A stretch of 64,000 bases of DNA from Octopus sinensis. Its lineage: Eukaryota. Within the stretch, counting starts at the first letter, position 1. Every line of letters starts with the position of its first letter. The stretch spans positions 68,324,001-68,388,000 of the forward strand of contig NC_043008.1 of the NCBI RefSeq assembly GCF_006345805.1, in the 5' to 3' direction. Below are positions 26,231 through 39,400 of the stretch, piece by piece. The notes under the pieces were generated by a model, which was not told the origin of the DNA, ran no database searches, and worked only from the letters and a program-made list of their open reading frames with translations. Made by a program: the position numbers and the translations under genes.

Positions 26231-27703
26231 AGGAGAAGTTTCAGACGTGGAAGCAAGGATTAGAATCGAAGGGCCTTAGAGAGTCAACCTAGCTAAAACC
26301 AAAGTCCTAATAAGTAGGAAGGTAGACAAATCACAATCGCCTTCAGGTAGATGGCCCTGCTCGATCTGTGGAAAAGGTGTAGGTAGGAACTCTATAAGAT
26401 GCACCAAGTGTAAGCTATGGACACATAAGAGGTGCAGCAATGTCAAAGGAAGGCTAACTAGGAAGATGGTTTTTGTATGTGGCAGATGCTCGGGAGCATT
26501 AACCTCTGAAAATCTACAGAAAACAACTTCCATCACTTTCCAGGGGGAAAAACTAGAAGTAGTGGATAGCTTCCGTTATCTTGGTGACCAAGTCAGTAGT
26601 GGGGGTGCTGAAAGTGTAACTGCTAGAGTAAGAATAGCCTGGGCAAAGTTCAGAGAGCTCTTACCTCTGCTGGTGACAAAAGGCCTCTCGCTCAGAGTAA
26701 AAGGCAGACTGTATTATGCATGTGTACAAACAGCCATGCTACATGGCAGTGAAACATGGGCCGTGACTGCTGAGGATATGCGTAAGCTTGCAAGAAATGA
26801 AGCCAGTATGCTCCGATGGATGTGTAATGTCAGTGTTCATACCCGACAGAGTGTAAGTGCCTTGAGAGAAAAGTTGGACCTAAGAAGCATCAGTTGTGGT
26901 GTGCAAGAGAGACGTCTACGCTGGTATGGACACCTGTTAAGAATGGATGAAGATAGTTGTGTGAAAAAGTGCCACACCCTAGTGGTTGAGGGAACCTGTG
27001 GAAGAGGTAGACCCAGGAAAACCTGGGATGAGGTGGTGAAGCACAACCTTCGCTCTTTAGGTCTCACTGAGGAAATGACTAGATACCGAGACCTTTGGAA
27101 GTATGCTGTGCGTGAGAAGACCCGGCAGGACAAGTGAGGCCATAACCTGTGGCCCCTACCTGGGATGTAGTCAGTCCACCTGTGCATACCTTCCTTCTTG
27201 GGACACATAACTCTACTTGTGAAGACCTGTTGAGGCAAGTGAAAATCAAAAACCAAAAACAAAAATCAAATCAAAATCAAAATCGATCAACATCAATGGA
27301 ATTGTAGTTGTGGTACCAGTGCCGGTGGCACATAAATGAACCATCCGAACGTGGCCGTAGCCAGCACCGCATCGACTGGCCTCCATGCTGGTGGCACGTA
27401 ACAAACACCATCCGATCGTGGCCGTTACCAGCCTCGCCTGGCCTCCGTGCCGGTGGCACATAAAAAGCACCGTCCGAGCGTGGCCGTTCGCCAGCCTCGT
27501 CTGGCACCTGTGTCGGTGGCACATAAAAAGCACCCACTACACTCACGGAGTGGTTGGTGTTAGGAAGGGCATCCAGCTGTAGAAACACTGCCAGATCTGA
27601 CTGGCCTGGTGCAGACTTCGGGATCCCAGACCCCAGTTGAACCATCCAACCCATGCTAGCATGGAAGGCAGACATTAAATGATGATGATGATGATGATGA
27701 TGA
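26229..27703 (+). mobile_element. 5'-truncated RTE-clade LINE (RT C-terminal half, 3' UTR, (GAT)n tail)
   Basis: ORF 26466-27137 with FRYLGDQ, LHGSETW, LRWYGH and GRPRKTW motifs. Upstream frame has KTKVL and a C4HC3 finger. 3' UTR contains tandem hairpin units and a (GAT)n tail. Confidence 0.92.
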
Positions 27704-28550
27704 TATATATATCCATAAATTATCCTTACAGCTTGCACAATTTATTCTAACTATTTATTATGTGCAACCAATGGAGCCCATATGGAAGTGTTCTGATGTT
27801 CCTAATAAAACTTTATTTGTTTGCATGTGTTTTCTATTCAACTCTGCTGAGCTATCCTTATTTTAAATTTTTTTCTGAATTTTCCGAATTGTATAGGTAA
27901 TTTATGGACACCTTGTATGTATGCATATATATGTGTGTATGTGTGTTCTTTCATCTTATATTTGTTTTAGTCATTTAACTGCAGCCATGCTGGGGCACTA
28001 CCTTGAAGGGATTTTGTCAAACAAATTGACTTCAGGACTTTTTTTTTTAAGCCTGGTACTTATTCTGTTGGTCTCTTTTGCCAAACCACTAAGTTACGGG
28101 GACATAAACACACCAACATCAGCCATATGGATCAGACAGAATTCTTTGCAGCAGATTTTATATGGCAAGATGCCATTCCTATTGCCAATCCTCACCTGTT
28201 TCTAAGCAAAATAATATTTTCCTATGTATTTCACTCATGGTTAACTCTCCCCTTGAACATGGCTTGTGTGGTTTTCACAAGCCTAACTTCGTCAGAGACC
28301 ACTATATCACACAGGAGGGTACTCTGTCAAAAGGTATCTCTAAGTCAACAAACTCCAAGTACATAAAAACCACTCCTGTTGGTGCAACATTAAAATCACC
28401 CAGTACATGCTATGGAGTGGTTGGCATTAGGAAGGACATCCAGCTGTAGAAACCATGCCAGAACAGACAAATGAAAACTGGTGTGGTCCTTGGCCTTACT
28501 AGCTCCAGTCAAACCTTCTAACCCATGCCAACTTGGAAAATGGATGATAA

Positions 28551-28583
<33 letters not shown>

Positions 28584-28749
28584 GGAAATGAACATCCTGG
28601 CTTGTATGATGGTGATGCTCATTTACAAACCATCATGTGATGTCTAGACAAGAGTACACACAAATATGCACACACAGATTGTATGATGATTATGTGAGAA
28701 TGTTAGTGAAACAAGGGTGCTGACTGCAGAGGACATAATGTAGGCTGGA

Positions 28750-29075
28750 GAGGAATGAAGGTAGTATGTTCCGTTGGATTTGCAACATCAGAGTGCATGA
28801 CCGACAAAGCACAGCTGTGTTCAGAGAAAAGTTGGGCATAAGAGAAATTAAATGTGGTATGCAGGGGAGGAGAATGCATTGGTTTGGACATGTGATGTAT
28901 ATCAATGAAGACAGCTGTATACAGAAGTGTCTGTCGCTGAAAGTGGATGGTACCCGTGGAAGAAGAAGACACAGGAAGACATGGGATGAAGTGGTGAGGA
29001 CTGATCTTAGGATGATCAGAGGAAATGACAGTGGACCGAGATGTTTGGTGATATGAGGTTCTAGAGAAGACCTGT
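28750..29075 (+). mobile_element. RTE LINE fragment (same family)
   Basis: MFRWICNIRV, MHWFGHV and HRKTWDEVVRTDLR peptides. Confidence 0.8.
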
Positions 29076-32000
29076 CCACAAAACTAGGTGCTGGAAGAGT
29101 TGTGTCCCACCCACATGTAACAACACATTTTCACCCACTCTACCTTAAAAAATCGAATTACAATTCCTCTTCTAACTGTATCTTTCTTTTCCTTGCATTT
29201 CCTCTTCATAAATTATGATTGATTTTCAATCCCCTTTCTTGCCCTCACTGCCCTGTTCACTCTATCGCTGCTCCATACACCCCCAACACCCACACTCACA
29301 CCTATTTTTCTAACCAGGTTCTAAGCACATATTCTTGTTGGTTGTGAGTATACCCTAGAACTACATCATCTCTCTTCTACTCTCTCTTACATTTTTGCCG
29401 TTTCTGACACACACTCTCTCTCTCCTTCTGTTTTTCCTCTGTCTAGGTATCCAAGTATCTCCTTTCCATCAGCATACTTATTTCTAGCCTCTTTCTTCTA
29501 CCTCTCTCTCACTGGGTAACCATGTACCTCCTCTATAGCAAGACATCTATTTCTGCCTCTCTATTTCTCTGTTACACTCTAAACATTCATCACAGTGGAT
29601 CACCTCTGATGCCCTCCCTGCTGTGACAAGACACCTGCTTCTGTCTCTGTGTCTTTGTTACACTCTAACCTTTCATCTTCTGACACAAGTTCCATTTCTC
29701 AAATGTCCTGCCCCTCTCATAATCCCTTATCTTGTGAGTTACTTGGTTACCCTGCCAGTGCTGGTGCCATGTTAAAAACATCCAGTCCACACTGTAATGT
29801 GGTTGGTGTTTGGAATGGCATCCAGCTGCAAAAATCATGCCAAAACTAACTTCACCTGTGCTAGTGTCACATAAAAAGCACTGAGTCCACTCTGCAGAGT
29901 GGTTAGTGTTAGGAAGGACATCCAGCCATAAAATCCCTGCCAAAACAGACACAATAGCCTGGGGTAGTTTTTCTACCTGGATGGCTCCTGTCATCTGTCC
30001 TACCCATGCATGCATGGAAGATGGATGTTAAACGATGATGATGATGACATATATATTATTTTGCATGGGTGTAGCAATACTAATAACCAGTTGTTAGAAC
30101 TCACTATACTTATGCTTTTGAGTATAGTGTCATGTGAAAACAAGGCATAATATCAATGAATGACAAAAGAACAGGAGTTACGTAATCACCATTAGCTTAC
30201 AGCTGTTTTTGCTACATGAAGTAGAGCTCTCAGAGCTGGGTGCTTATGCAACATCCTACACAGACACACACACACAAATAAACTCATCATTTTCTTTCAA
30301 TTTCCATCTACCAAAGCCATTTGCAAAGCTGTGGTTGACCCAAGTCTATAGTAGATGACACTTCTCCAAAGTGCCATGCAGTTGGATTGAAGCAAGACCA
30401 CATGGTTGAGAAGCAAGCTTTTTAACCACACATATGTGCTCAGCCAAGCCTCAGAACACACACACACATTTATTTATTTATTCCACTTGATGAAGAACCT
30501 ATACACAGCTGTTGCTGAAAAATATTCAAATGTTTTATGATAATTTTAAAGAACAATCTTCTGTAATGGTATATGAATATAAACTCAGCAATTCAAAGCT
30601 GGCGTGCAGTGTAGAAACAAATGTTGTGTGATCTACTATTAAAGCCTGTTAACCTTCATCCTTGTGTTATTTTACCCTTTATATATATATATGCTCTTTC
30701 TAAAGTGGCTGCTATGAGGAGGGTATCCAGCTGTAGTAGAAATGCTCCCAAAAATAGAACATATAAGCAAGTTGGGGTTTCCCAACCTGTCTAGAAGGGC
30801 AGTAACTCCAAATGAGAACTGACTTGGACTTTGATATCCAATCCAACCTATATCAAAAATGGGAAGGGGACATAACTATGTTAAATTTTAATCTTTTCCT
30901 CACCTCAACAAGTAATTCAAGCTAACAAGAAACCTAATAAGCTATAGCTTAACCTGCTAGAAATAGTAGCCAAATGTCCTTCAAGTCAAACCCTACTATC
31001 CTGAAAAAGAAGACAATTGATAATTTAGTTCTAGACATTCCTAAGAGGGATGGTCATGGTTGGAATTCCTTTGCTTACAGGTCTATTCATTTAGAATGAT
31101 CTGGAGTTAAATAAGCATCAAAATTATTTTAAACAGAAGTAATGATGTTTCTGCCCATTGGGAGGGTACGATTGATTAAATTAACTTGTGTTACTAGTAT
31201 GTTATTTTAAATATGTCACAGGTCTTCATTACATCTGAAAAATCAACTTGTTCTTTGTCTAGAATACATAATTTAAAGCATATCCTTTCTTGAATCACAA
31301 AATTCCACATAGTCCATGCTTAAATTTAGTTTCTATAGTTGTAAGTGAATTTAAGATGAATTTACCTACTGGATAGAAAGCCAGTCTGTCACAAGTAATT
31401 CCCTACTATGGTACAGAATAAATAAAGGAAGAAAGATGGGAAAAAACCAAGACATTGTAAAATAAACTTTCTATTTAGAAATATCAAAGCATCTTTCATT
31501 TCTAACAATGAAGTTAATCATCATCATCACCATCATACCTCCATTTATTCTGGCATGGGTTGTTGGGTCTGTTCCAGCTTAGAATCAAGTCACATGTTCG
31601 TCCTGGTTCTTCCTCATTTGAGACAGGCAATACCAAACTAAAATATCAATCATTTGTTTTTACAGAAGACATACTTTTGTCATGGTTTATACTAGATATC
31701 TTCCCTATCACCAATCATTCCATAGTCCAAAACACTGCCCCATCATCATTTAACGTCCGCTTTCCATGTTAGCATGGATTGGACGATTTGACAGAGGACT
31801 GGTGAACCAGATGGCTGCGCCAGGCACCAATCTGATCTGGCAGAGTTTCTACAGCTGGATGCCCATCCTAACGCTAACCACTCCAAGAGTGTAGTGGGTG
31901 CTTTTACATGTCACCGGCACAAGGGCTAATGTTGTTACAAGTTCCGTGTCCCTTACAGTCTGTGGTCCTTACTCATCATCATCATCATCCTCATTTTAAC

Positions 32001-34592
32001 ATCTCTTTTTCAGTGCTAGAATGGGCTGAATGGAGTTTATTGTAAAATAAACTCCATTTCTATGACCAGATGCCCTTCATGTTGCCAATTCTCACCTAAT
32101 TCCAAATAAAGACATGTTTTTGTAGCATGTTGGAAATGAATAACACTGCTAATATGCTAGTGACATGCATTAATAATTATCATGCAATATTAAGACGAGC
32201 AGAGACAAACATACACACACACACTCATCCACCATACATGCACACATACAGAGCTTTGGTCAGCTCAGGGCTATAGTGGAAGACACTTGCCCAAGGTTTC
32301 ATGCAGTGGGACTGATCCTGAAACCATGAAGTCGGAAAGCAAACTTCTTACCTATCCAATCATGCCCATATCTACATTGATATAGAATAAAATTATCAAA
32401 GTCAGTTCCTGAGATGAACACCATTTCACCAATGTGACCCCATTGATTGATAATTTATATAATGAAGAAACCTAACTTACATTCTATACTGATGCCATCT
32501 GTTAGTCTAAGATTGATCTAGGATGATTTTTATAGTCTCTGTTGTCATGGCATTTTCTTACTGCAATAAAAAAAAAGAAAGAAAAAAAACAAAGATTGTT
32601 TCAGATATTATTATAATCAAACAGGCTGTGAGGAGGTTTTAAAGTGTTAGGTTACTGTACTTATGGGAATATGAGTTTAAATCAGATTACAATTTTCTAC
32701 TAATGACTGGAACCTAGCAGTCTTGTACTTTAATCTCTCTACTAAGCAATTATAAACATATTCTTTTATTCTTTTACTCGTTTCAGTCATTTGACTGCAG
32801 CCATTAAAGGATTTTAGTCAAACAAATCAACTCCAGGACTTATTCTTTGTAAGCCTAGTACTTATTCTATCAGTCTCTTTTGCCGAACCACTAAGTTACA
32901 GAGACATAAACATACCAACATCAGTTGTCATGTGATGGCAGGGGTACAAACACAGACACACACATAAATATATACACACATATATGTACAACAGGCGTCT
33001 TTCAGTTTCTGTCTACCAATTCCACTCACGAGTCTTTGGTCGGTCCAAGGCTATAGTAGAATACACTTGCCTAAGGTGCCACACAGTGGATCCAAACATT
33101 AATGGCTCTAGTGTTAAATATGGCACCTTAACTTATCATAAAAAAAGAGATAATAATTGTTTCTAATTTAAGCACAATGCCAGCAGATTTGAGAAGGAAG
33201 AGGAGTAGTCAATACCAATACTTTACTACTTTATTTTATTGATCCCAGAAGGTTGAAAGGTAAAGTTGACCCCAGCAGAATTTGAACTCAGAATGTAATG
33301 AGTTGGGAGAAATACTAGTAACTATTTTATCTGACAAGCAAACACTTTTGCCAGGTCACTAACCTTATTAATATTAATTCTAAGGTGGCAAGCTCGTAAA
33401 ACCATTACCATGCTGAGCAAAATGTTTAGCTGCATATCTTCTGGCATCATGTTCTGAACACAAATGCCACTGGGGTCAATTTTGCCTTTTGTACTTGTCA
33501 AATACTGGGGTCAATAGATATGACTTACTCCCGTCCTGAAATTACTGGCCTTGCACCAAAATTTGAAATCAAAGTTAATTCTTTCTAAAATGGGCAGAAG
33601 GCCTGAAATTTTAAGAGAGGGGGGGGCTAGTCAATTACATTGACCTCAGTGATCAACTGGTACTTATTTCATCAACTTGGAAAAGATGAAAGACAAATTC
33701 AAACTCGGGAGAATCAAAACTTGGGACATAAAGACAAACAAAATGCCACTAAAGCACAATGTCCAGCATGTTGACAATACGGCCAGCTCACCATCTCAGT
33801 AATGATAATAACCTTTTCTACTATAGGCACAAGGCCTGAATTCTAGAGGAGAAGGTCAGTCAATTACATCAACCCAGTGCTCAACTGGTACTTATTCTAT
33901 TGACCCTGAAACAAAGAAAGGCAAAGTTGACTTCCATCAAATTTGAACTCATAATGTAAAGTTGGACAAAATGCTTACCAAATATTTTGTCAAACATGCT
34001 AATAATAATAATAATCCTTTCTACTGTAGGCAAAAGCCTGAAATTTGGGGGAGTGGGATCTAATTGATTGTATTGACTCTAGTATTCAGCTGGTACTTAT
34101 TTCATTGAAGTTGAAATGATGAAAGGCAGTTGGCTCTAGTGAGATTTGAACTCTCAACATAACAAGTCAGAAGAAATGCCACCAGACCTGTATTTCATAT
34201 GACACTAAAACAGTTCTGCCAGCTCACTGCTTTGATGATGATGATAATGATAACGATTTCAAATTTTTGTACAAGGCCAACAAGTTGGGGGAAAGGGTAA
34301 GTTGACTGCATCAACCCCAGCACTCAAGTGGTACATATTTTATCAACCCTGAAAGGGTGAAAGGCAAAGTCAGCCTTAATGGATTTTGAACTTAGAATGT
34401 AAAGGCAGATAAAATGCCACTAAGGCAGCGAGCTGGCAGAAACATTAGCACACCGGGCAAAATGCTAAGCAGTATTTCGTCTGTCTTTATGTTGAGTTCA
34501 ACTTTGCCTTTCATCCTTTCAGGGTCGATCTAATCAACTGGCCCCTCCCCAAAAATTCTGGGCCTCGTGCCTAGAATAGAATGTACATTTTG

Positions 34593-35005
34593 AGGTGCAG
34601 GAGTGGCTGTGTTGTAAGTAGCTTGCTTACCAACCGCATGGTTCTGGGTTCAGTCCCACTGCGTGGCACCTTGGGCAAGTACCTTCTACTATAGCCTCGG
34701 GCCGACCAAAGCCTTGTGAGTGGATTTGGTAGACGGAAACTGAAAGAAGCCCGTTGTATATATGTATGTGTGTGTGTGTGTGCGTGTGTGTGTGTGTTTG
34801 TGTTTGTCCCCCCAACATCGCTTGACAACCAATGCTGGTGTGTTTACATCCCCGTAACTTAGCAGTTCAGCAAAAGAGACCGATAGAATAAGTACTAGAC
34901 TTACAAAGAATAAGTCCTGGGGTCGATTTCCTTGACTAAAGGTGGTGCTCCAACATGGCCGCAGTCAAATGACTGAAACAAGTAAAAGAGTAAAAGAGAG
35001 AGAGT
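34593..35005 (+). mobile_element. SINE family A copy
   Basis: Match to 4917-5322. Confidence 0.88.
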
Positions 35006-36061
35006 AAGCATTTTGCCCAGCATACTAATGATTCTTCCAGCTTGCCACTGTAATGATGATAATGATAATAAAAATCTTCAGTTTGTCATGAGTGTTTGAG
35101 TGCTATACTTTTAATGAATTTAACTATGGAAGAAAACCAAAGACATATTTAAATATAACTAACATAAGGAATCAGTGTTATGAAGGTTTATAAATTTATA
35201 CAGCAAAATAGCAATAACAACGCTTACATAATGTGGAATTTCTACGGGTCCTGCTAATAATTATTGTAATGTTAATATAGCTACATTTCTAGGATGGTTT
35301 TAAAAGAGAAACGGTAAATGATATAGTTCTTATTAACAATTCCTAGGAGCAATGAACATACTCACACACACACAGAGGGAAGAATTTCCAAAATTACTTA
35401 ATGGTAGGCGGGGCTAAGTAAAAATGAAAGTCAAAAGCTCAACAATCTATGAATGCAATTGGTCAAGGAGCAATGAAACAGATTAATCAAAAAAAGAAAT
35501 ATATATATATGGGTGGAGTTAAAATACATCCTTGATATTACTACTTAATAACTACTGTTATGAGGGCTGTTTATAGAGATGAAAGAATTTCCTTAAATAC
35601 CAGATAGTTGTTTGTCAAGCACCAAACTGTAAGTTGACAGGAAACTAATAGACAAGAGAAGAAGGGTCGGGGTGAGGGAGTAGTAAATAGATTTATCATT
35701 TTTTTTTTTTACCCCTTGTTTACTTTTGTTTTTGTGTATTTAAAGCTGTAGTGAAACAATGAATTATTTATGTATCTCAATACAGGAAAAACTCAATTAC
35801 AATATTACTTAATAGGTTTTGCACTTATAAACATACACCATAACACATAAAATGTCCCATATAGATGAGTTTTATATAAGGTGTGGTTGTGTATAAGAAG
35901 TTTGCTTTCCAACCACATGGTTACAGGTTCAGTCTCACTGCATGGTACCTTGGACAAATGTCTTCTACTATAGTTCCAGGCCAACCAAAGCTTAAGTGAG
36001 TGGATTTGCTAAAAGGAAACCAAAAGAACCATCATCATCATTGTTTAACCCTTCTGTTACC

Positions 36062-36223
36062 ATAGGAGTGGCTGTGTGGTAAGTAGCTTGCTTACCAACC
36101 ACATGGTTCCGGGTTCAGTCCCACTGCGTGGCACCTTGGGCAAGTGTCTTCTACTATAGCCTTGGGCCGACCAAAGCCTTGTGAGTGGATTTGGTAGACA
36201 GAAACTGGAAGAAGCCTGTCGTA

Positions 36224-36264
<41 letters not shown>

Positions 36265-36482
36265 TTGTTTGTGTGTCTGTGTTTGTCCCCCTAGCATTGC
36301 TTGACAACCGATGCTGGTGTGTTTACGTCCTCGTAACTTAGCGGTTCAGCAAAAGAGACTGATAGAATAAGTACTAGGCTTACAAAGAATAAGTCCTGGG
36401 GTCGATTTACTCAACTAGAAGGCGGTGCTCCAGCATGGCCGCAGTCAAATGACTGAAACAAGTAAAAGAGAGAAAAAAGAGA
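36062..36482 (+). mobile_element. SINE family A copy
   Basis: Match to 4917-5322. Further partial or older copies lie at about 32765-33090, 41032-41340, 43525-44792 (split by locus A) and 52650-54218 (split by the ORF1 element). Confidence 0.88.
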
Positions 36483-39400
36483 GATATGTTGCCTGTTTCA
36501 ATTAATTTTTTAAATAATGAAGAATTTAATAAAATACCTTTATAATTATTAAGCTTGGGTCTGGAACAAATTACCATAAAATTTTGATAAAAAATTATAA
36601 TTGAGACCACTTTAAAATGTAAGTTTATGCCACAGAACCCGAGAGGCCTCATGTGGGTTGGCATCTAAAGGGTTAACATTCACTTTTCCATGCTTATATT
36701 GGTCAGACAGAATTTGTTGAGGCAATTTTTTTTACAACTGGATGCCTTTCCTGTTGCCAACCTTTGCCTGTTTCCAAGGTAATATTCCTTATAACCAGAC
36801 ATTTTTATGGGAGATTAGAAACAAAGGGCACCATGATATTTGTTCCACTAATGAAGCTTTGGTTGGATAATGGTTATAGTAGAAGATGTGTACCCATGGT
36901 GACAGACAGTGGGACTGAATCTTGTGTATGTGTGTCCTTGTTTTGAAATTGCATGACGGTTGTAAATGAGAGCCACTGTCATACGAACAGTGTCATTCAT
37001 TTCTGCTATTCTACAGAAACATGTCTGGTCATGGTGAAATATTACCTTGCTTGGAAACAGGAAGGGCATCTGTCTGTAGAAAATCTGTTTCAATAAATTC
37101 TATCCATGCAAGTATGGAAAAATGGATGTTAAAACGATGGTGAATTCACCTAATATTGAAGTTTGGGAACAATGTATAAGCATAGGAATGATTGTGATTA
37201 AAAATTTCAGTTCCAAACCACATATTTTTTGATTCCGCACCATAGTGTAGCACATTGATCAAATTTCTTCTATTAGCACCCAGAACCGCACACATACATA
37301 CATCCACATCTGTGTGTGATCATCATCATTTAACATCTATCTTCCATACTGGCATGAGTTGGACTGTTTGACAGGAGCTGGAATACCTAGGAATGTGCCA
37401 AACTCCACCGTCAGTTTTGGCACGGTTTTTATAGCTGGATGCCCTTCCTAATACCAACTATGTTATAGAATGGAGTGGGAACTTTTTATGTTACACCAGC
37501 ACTGGTGAGGTCTCCTTTAGCATGGATTTATGGTTGGATGGCTTTCCTAATGCCAACCACTTTAGAGTGGACTGGGTGCTTTTTACAAGGTACAGGTACT
37601 AGTGAGGTCATCACATAACTTGAAAGACAAAGATCCCTAGACTAAGGGGTGGGAGTGGTACTGAAGGAAGTGGCTTAGTGCCAGGTGATGAAAGGTTAAA
37701 CTACGATAGAGGAGCAGAAATAGGCACCTTGCAGTAGAGAAGATACATGATTATCCTAGTCAGAAGGAGAGAAAGGGAGAGCAAGAGTAAGAGAGAGTTA
37801 AGGAAATGGTGGTGATGTGCCAGGACATACTTTCAAGGTACCAGTCGTAGAAGTAGTGTGGGGGAATGTGCTGCAACAGTATGCAACTACCATTTGTTAA
37901 TCATTACCTACTCCTGGTGGATGACACCTTTGCACCACTCAGGGGACAACCCCAAAACCCATGGGTCTGTTTGTGTAGTTGTTGCTGGTGGTGGCGTTTA
38001 TGAGGTTAGAGTGCAAATTCTACCGCAGTTTCTCTTAGCTGCCTTCTATGACAAGCGAAGGAAATGTTGCATCTATTCTTTAACATACTGGTCCTTACAC
38101 AGTATTAGAGTAATGTGAAATGAAGTGTTTTGCTCAAGAACACAACATGCCACCTGGTCCAGGAATTGAACCCATGATCTAGTGAATATGAGTACAACAC
38201 TCTAATCACTAGGCCACATGCCTTCACAGGGTACAACGATGTGAATATAAATGGAACAGTAGAAGATTATTCAGGGTGCATGAGTAGGGAGTCGAAGAAG
38301 GTGCAAAAAGGGAAGAGGGGAGGGAAAGTGGGAAATACAGTGAGTTATGAAACATGAGTATGTAAAGGATAACAATGATACTATTGGCAGAGAGAGAAAG
38401 AGAGAGAGAGAGAGAGATAAAAGAGCAGCTTTGGGCTGCAGAAGTGCAGAGAGAGAGAGAAAAGTATAGTGCATGATGTTTGTGCCTCTCTTGACATCAT
38501 GCAAATAGTTGTAATTGAGTGCTACCATCAAACAAGCAGTGTCCTCCATATTCAGTCTTCTGTGAAAACATATCAAGCCGGAAATATTGCCTTGTTTGCA
38601 AACAGGTGAAGGTTATCCACAGGAAGAGCATCTGACTGCAGAAAATCTGCTTCAAGGAAGTCCATCTGATCCATGTAAGTGAATATCAAAATGATGATGA
38701 TGATGGCGACATATTTGGAGAAGTAAACATTAAAAATGGTGATGATGGATCATAACTGGCACTCGGTTATGATGACAACGAAACAGTCCGCTCATGAAAT
38801 TAATGTGCAAGTGGTTGAGCACCCCAAAGACATGTGTACCCTTGATATAGTTCTCAGGGAGATTCAGTATAACACAAAATGTGACAAGGCTGGCCCTTTG
38901 ATATACAAGTACTACTCATTTTTGCCAGCTGAATGAACAGGAAAAACATGAAGTGAAGGGTCTTGCTCGGGGACATGATGCACCACTGGGAATCGAACTC
39001 ACAACCTTATGATCATGAGTTGAATGTCCTAACCACTAAGCTATGCACCTTCACTAATGAAACACACCTCCAGTCATAATTATATAGTCTAGCTATAAAA
39101 ACCAGCAACAACCTATTAACTGTGCATTTAAGAGGTTCGTTTCATAATCACACAGTTTGAAGTTCAATCCCCCTGTACAGCGCCTCAAGTGCCTCCTATT
39201 ACAGATGGCAACTGTATGGGAGCCCATCAAAGGAATTCTTCCTTTTCTTGGGTGCTAGATACCACTTGGTCCACGGGCTAGAATTCCTGTTTGAGGGTAA
39301 TTTTCTTCTTTACTTCCATGCCTGTAATCCTTTAGACCCTGTTCCTCCCTTGATGAAGCCATTAAAAATATAACCATTTTTTTTTTCAGTGAAAAGTCCA

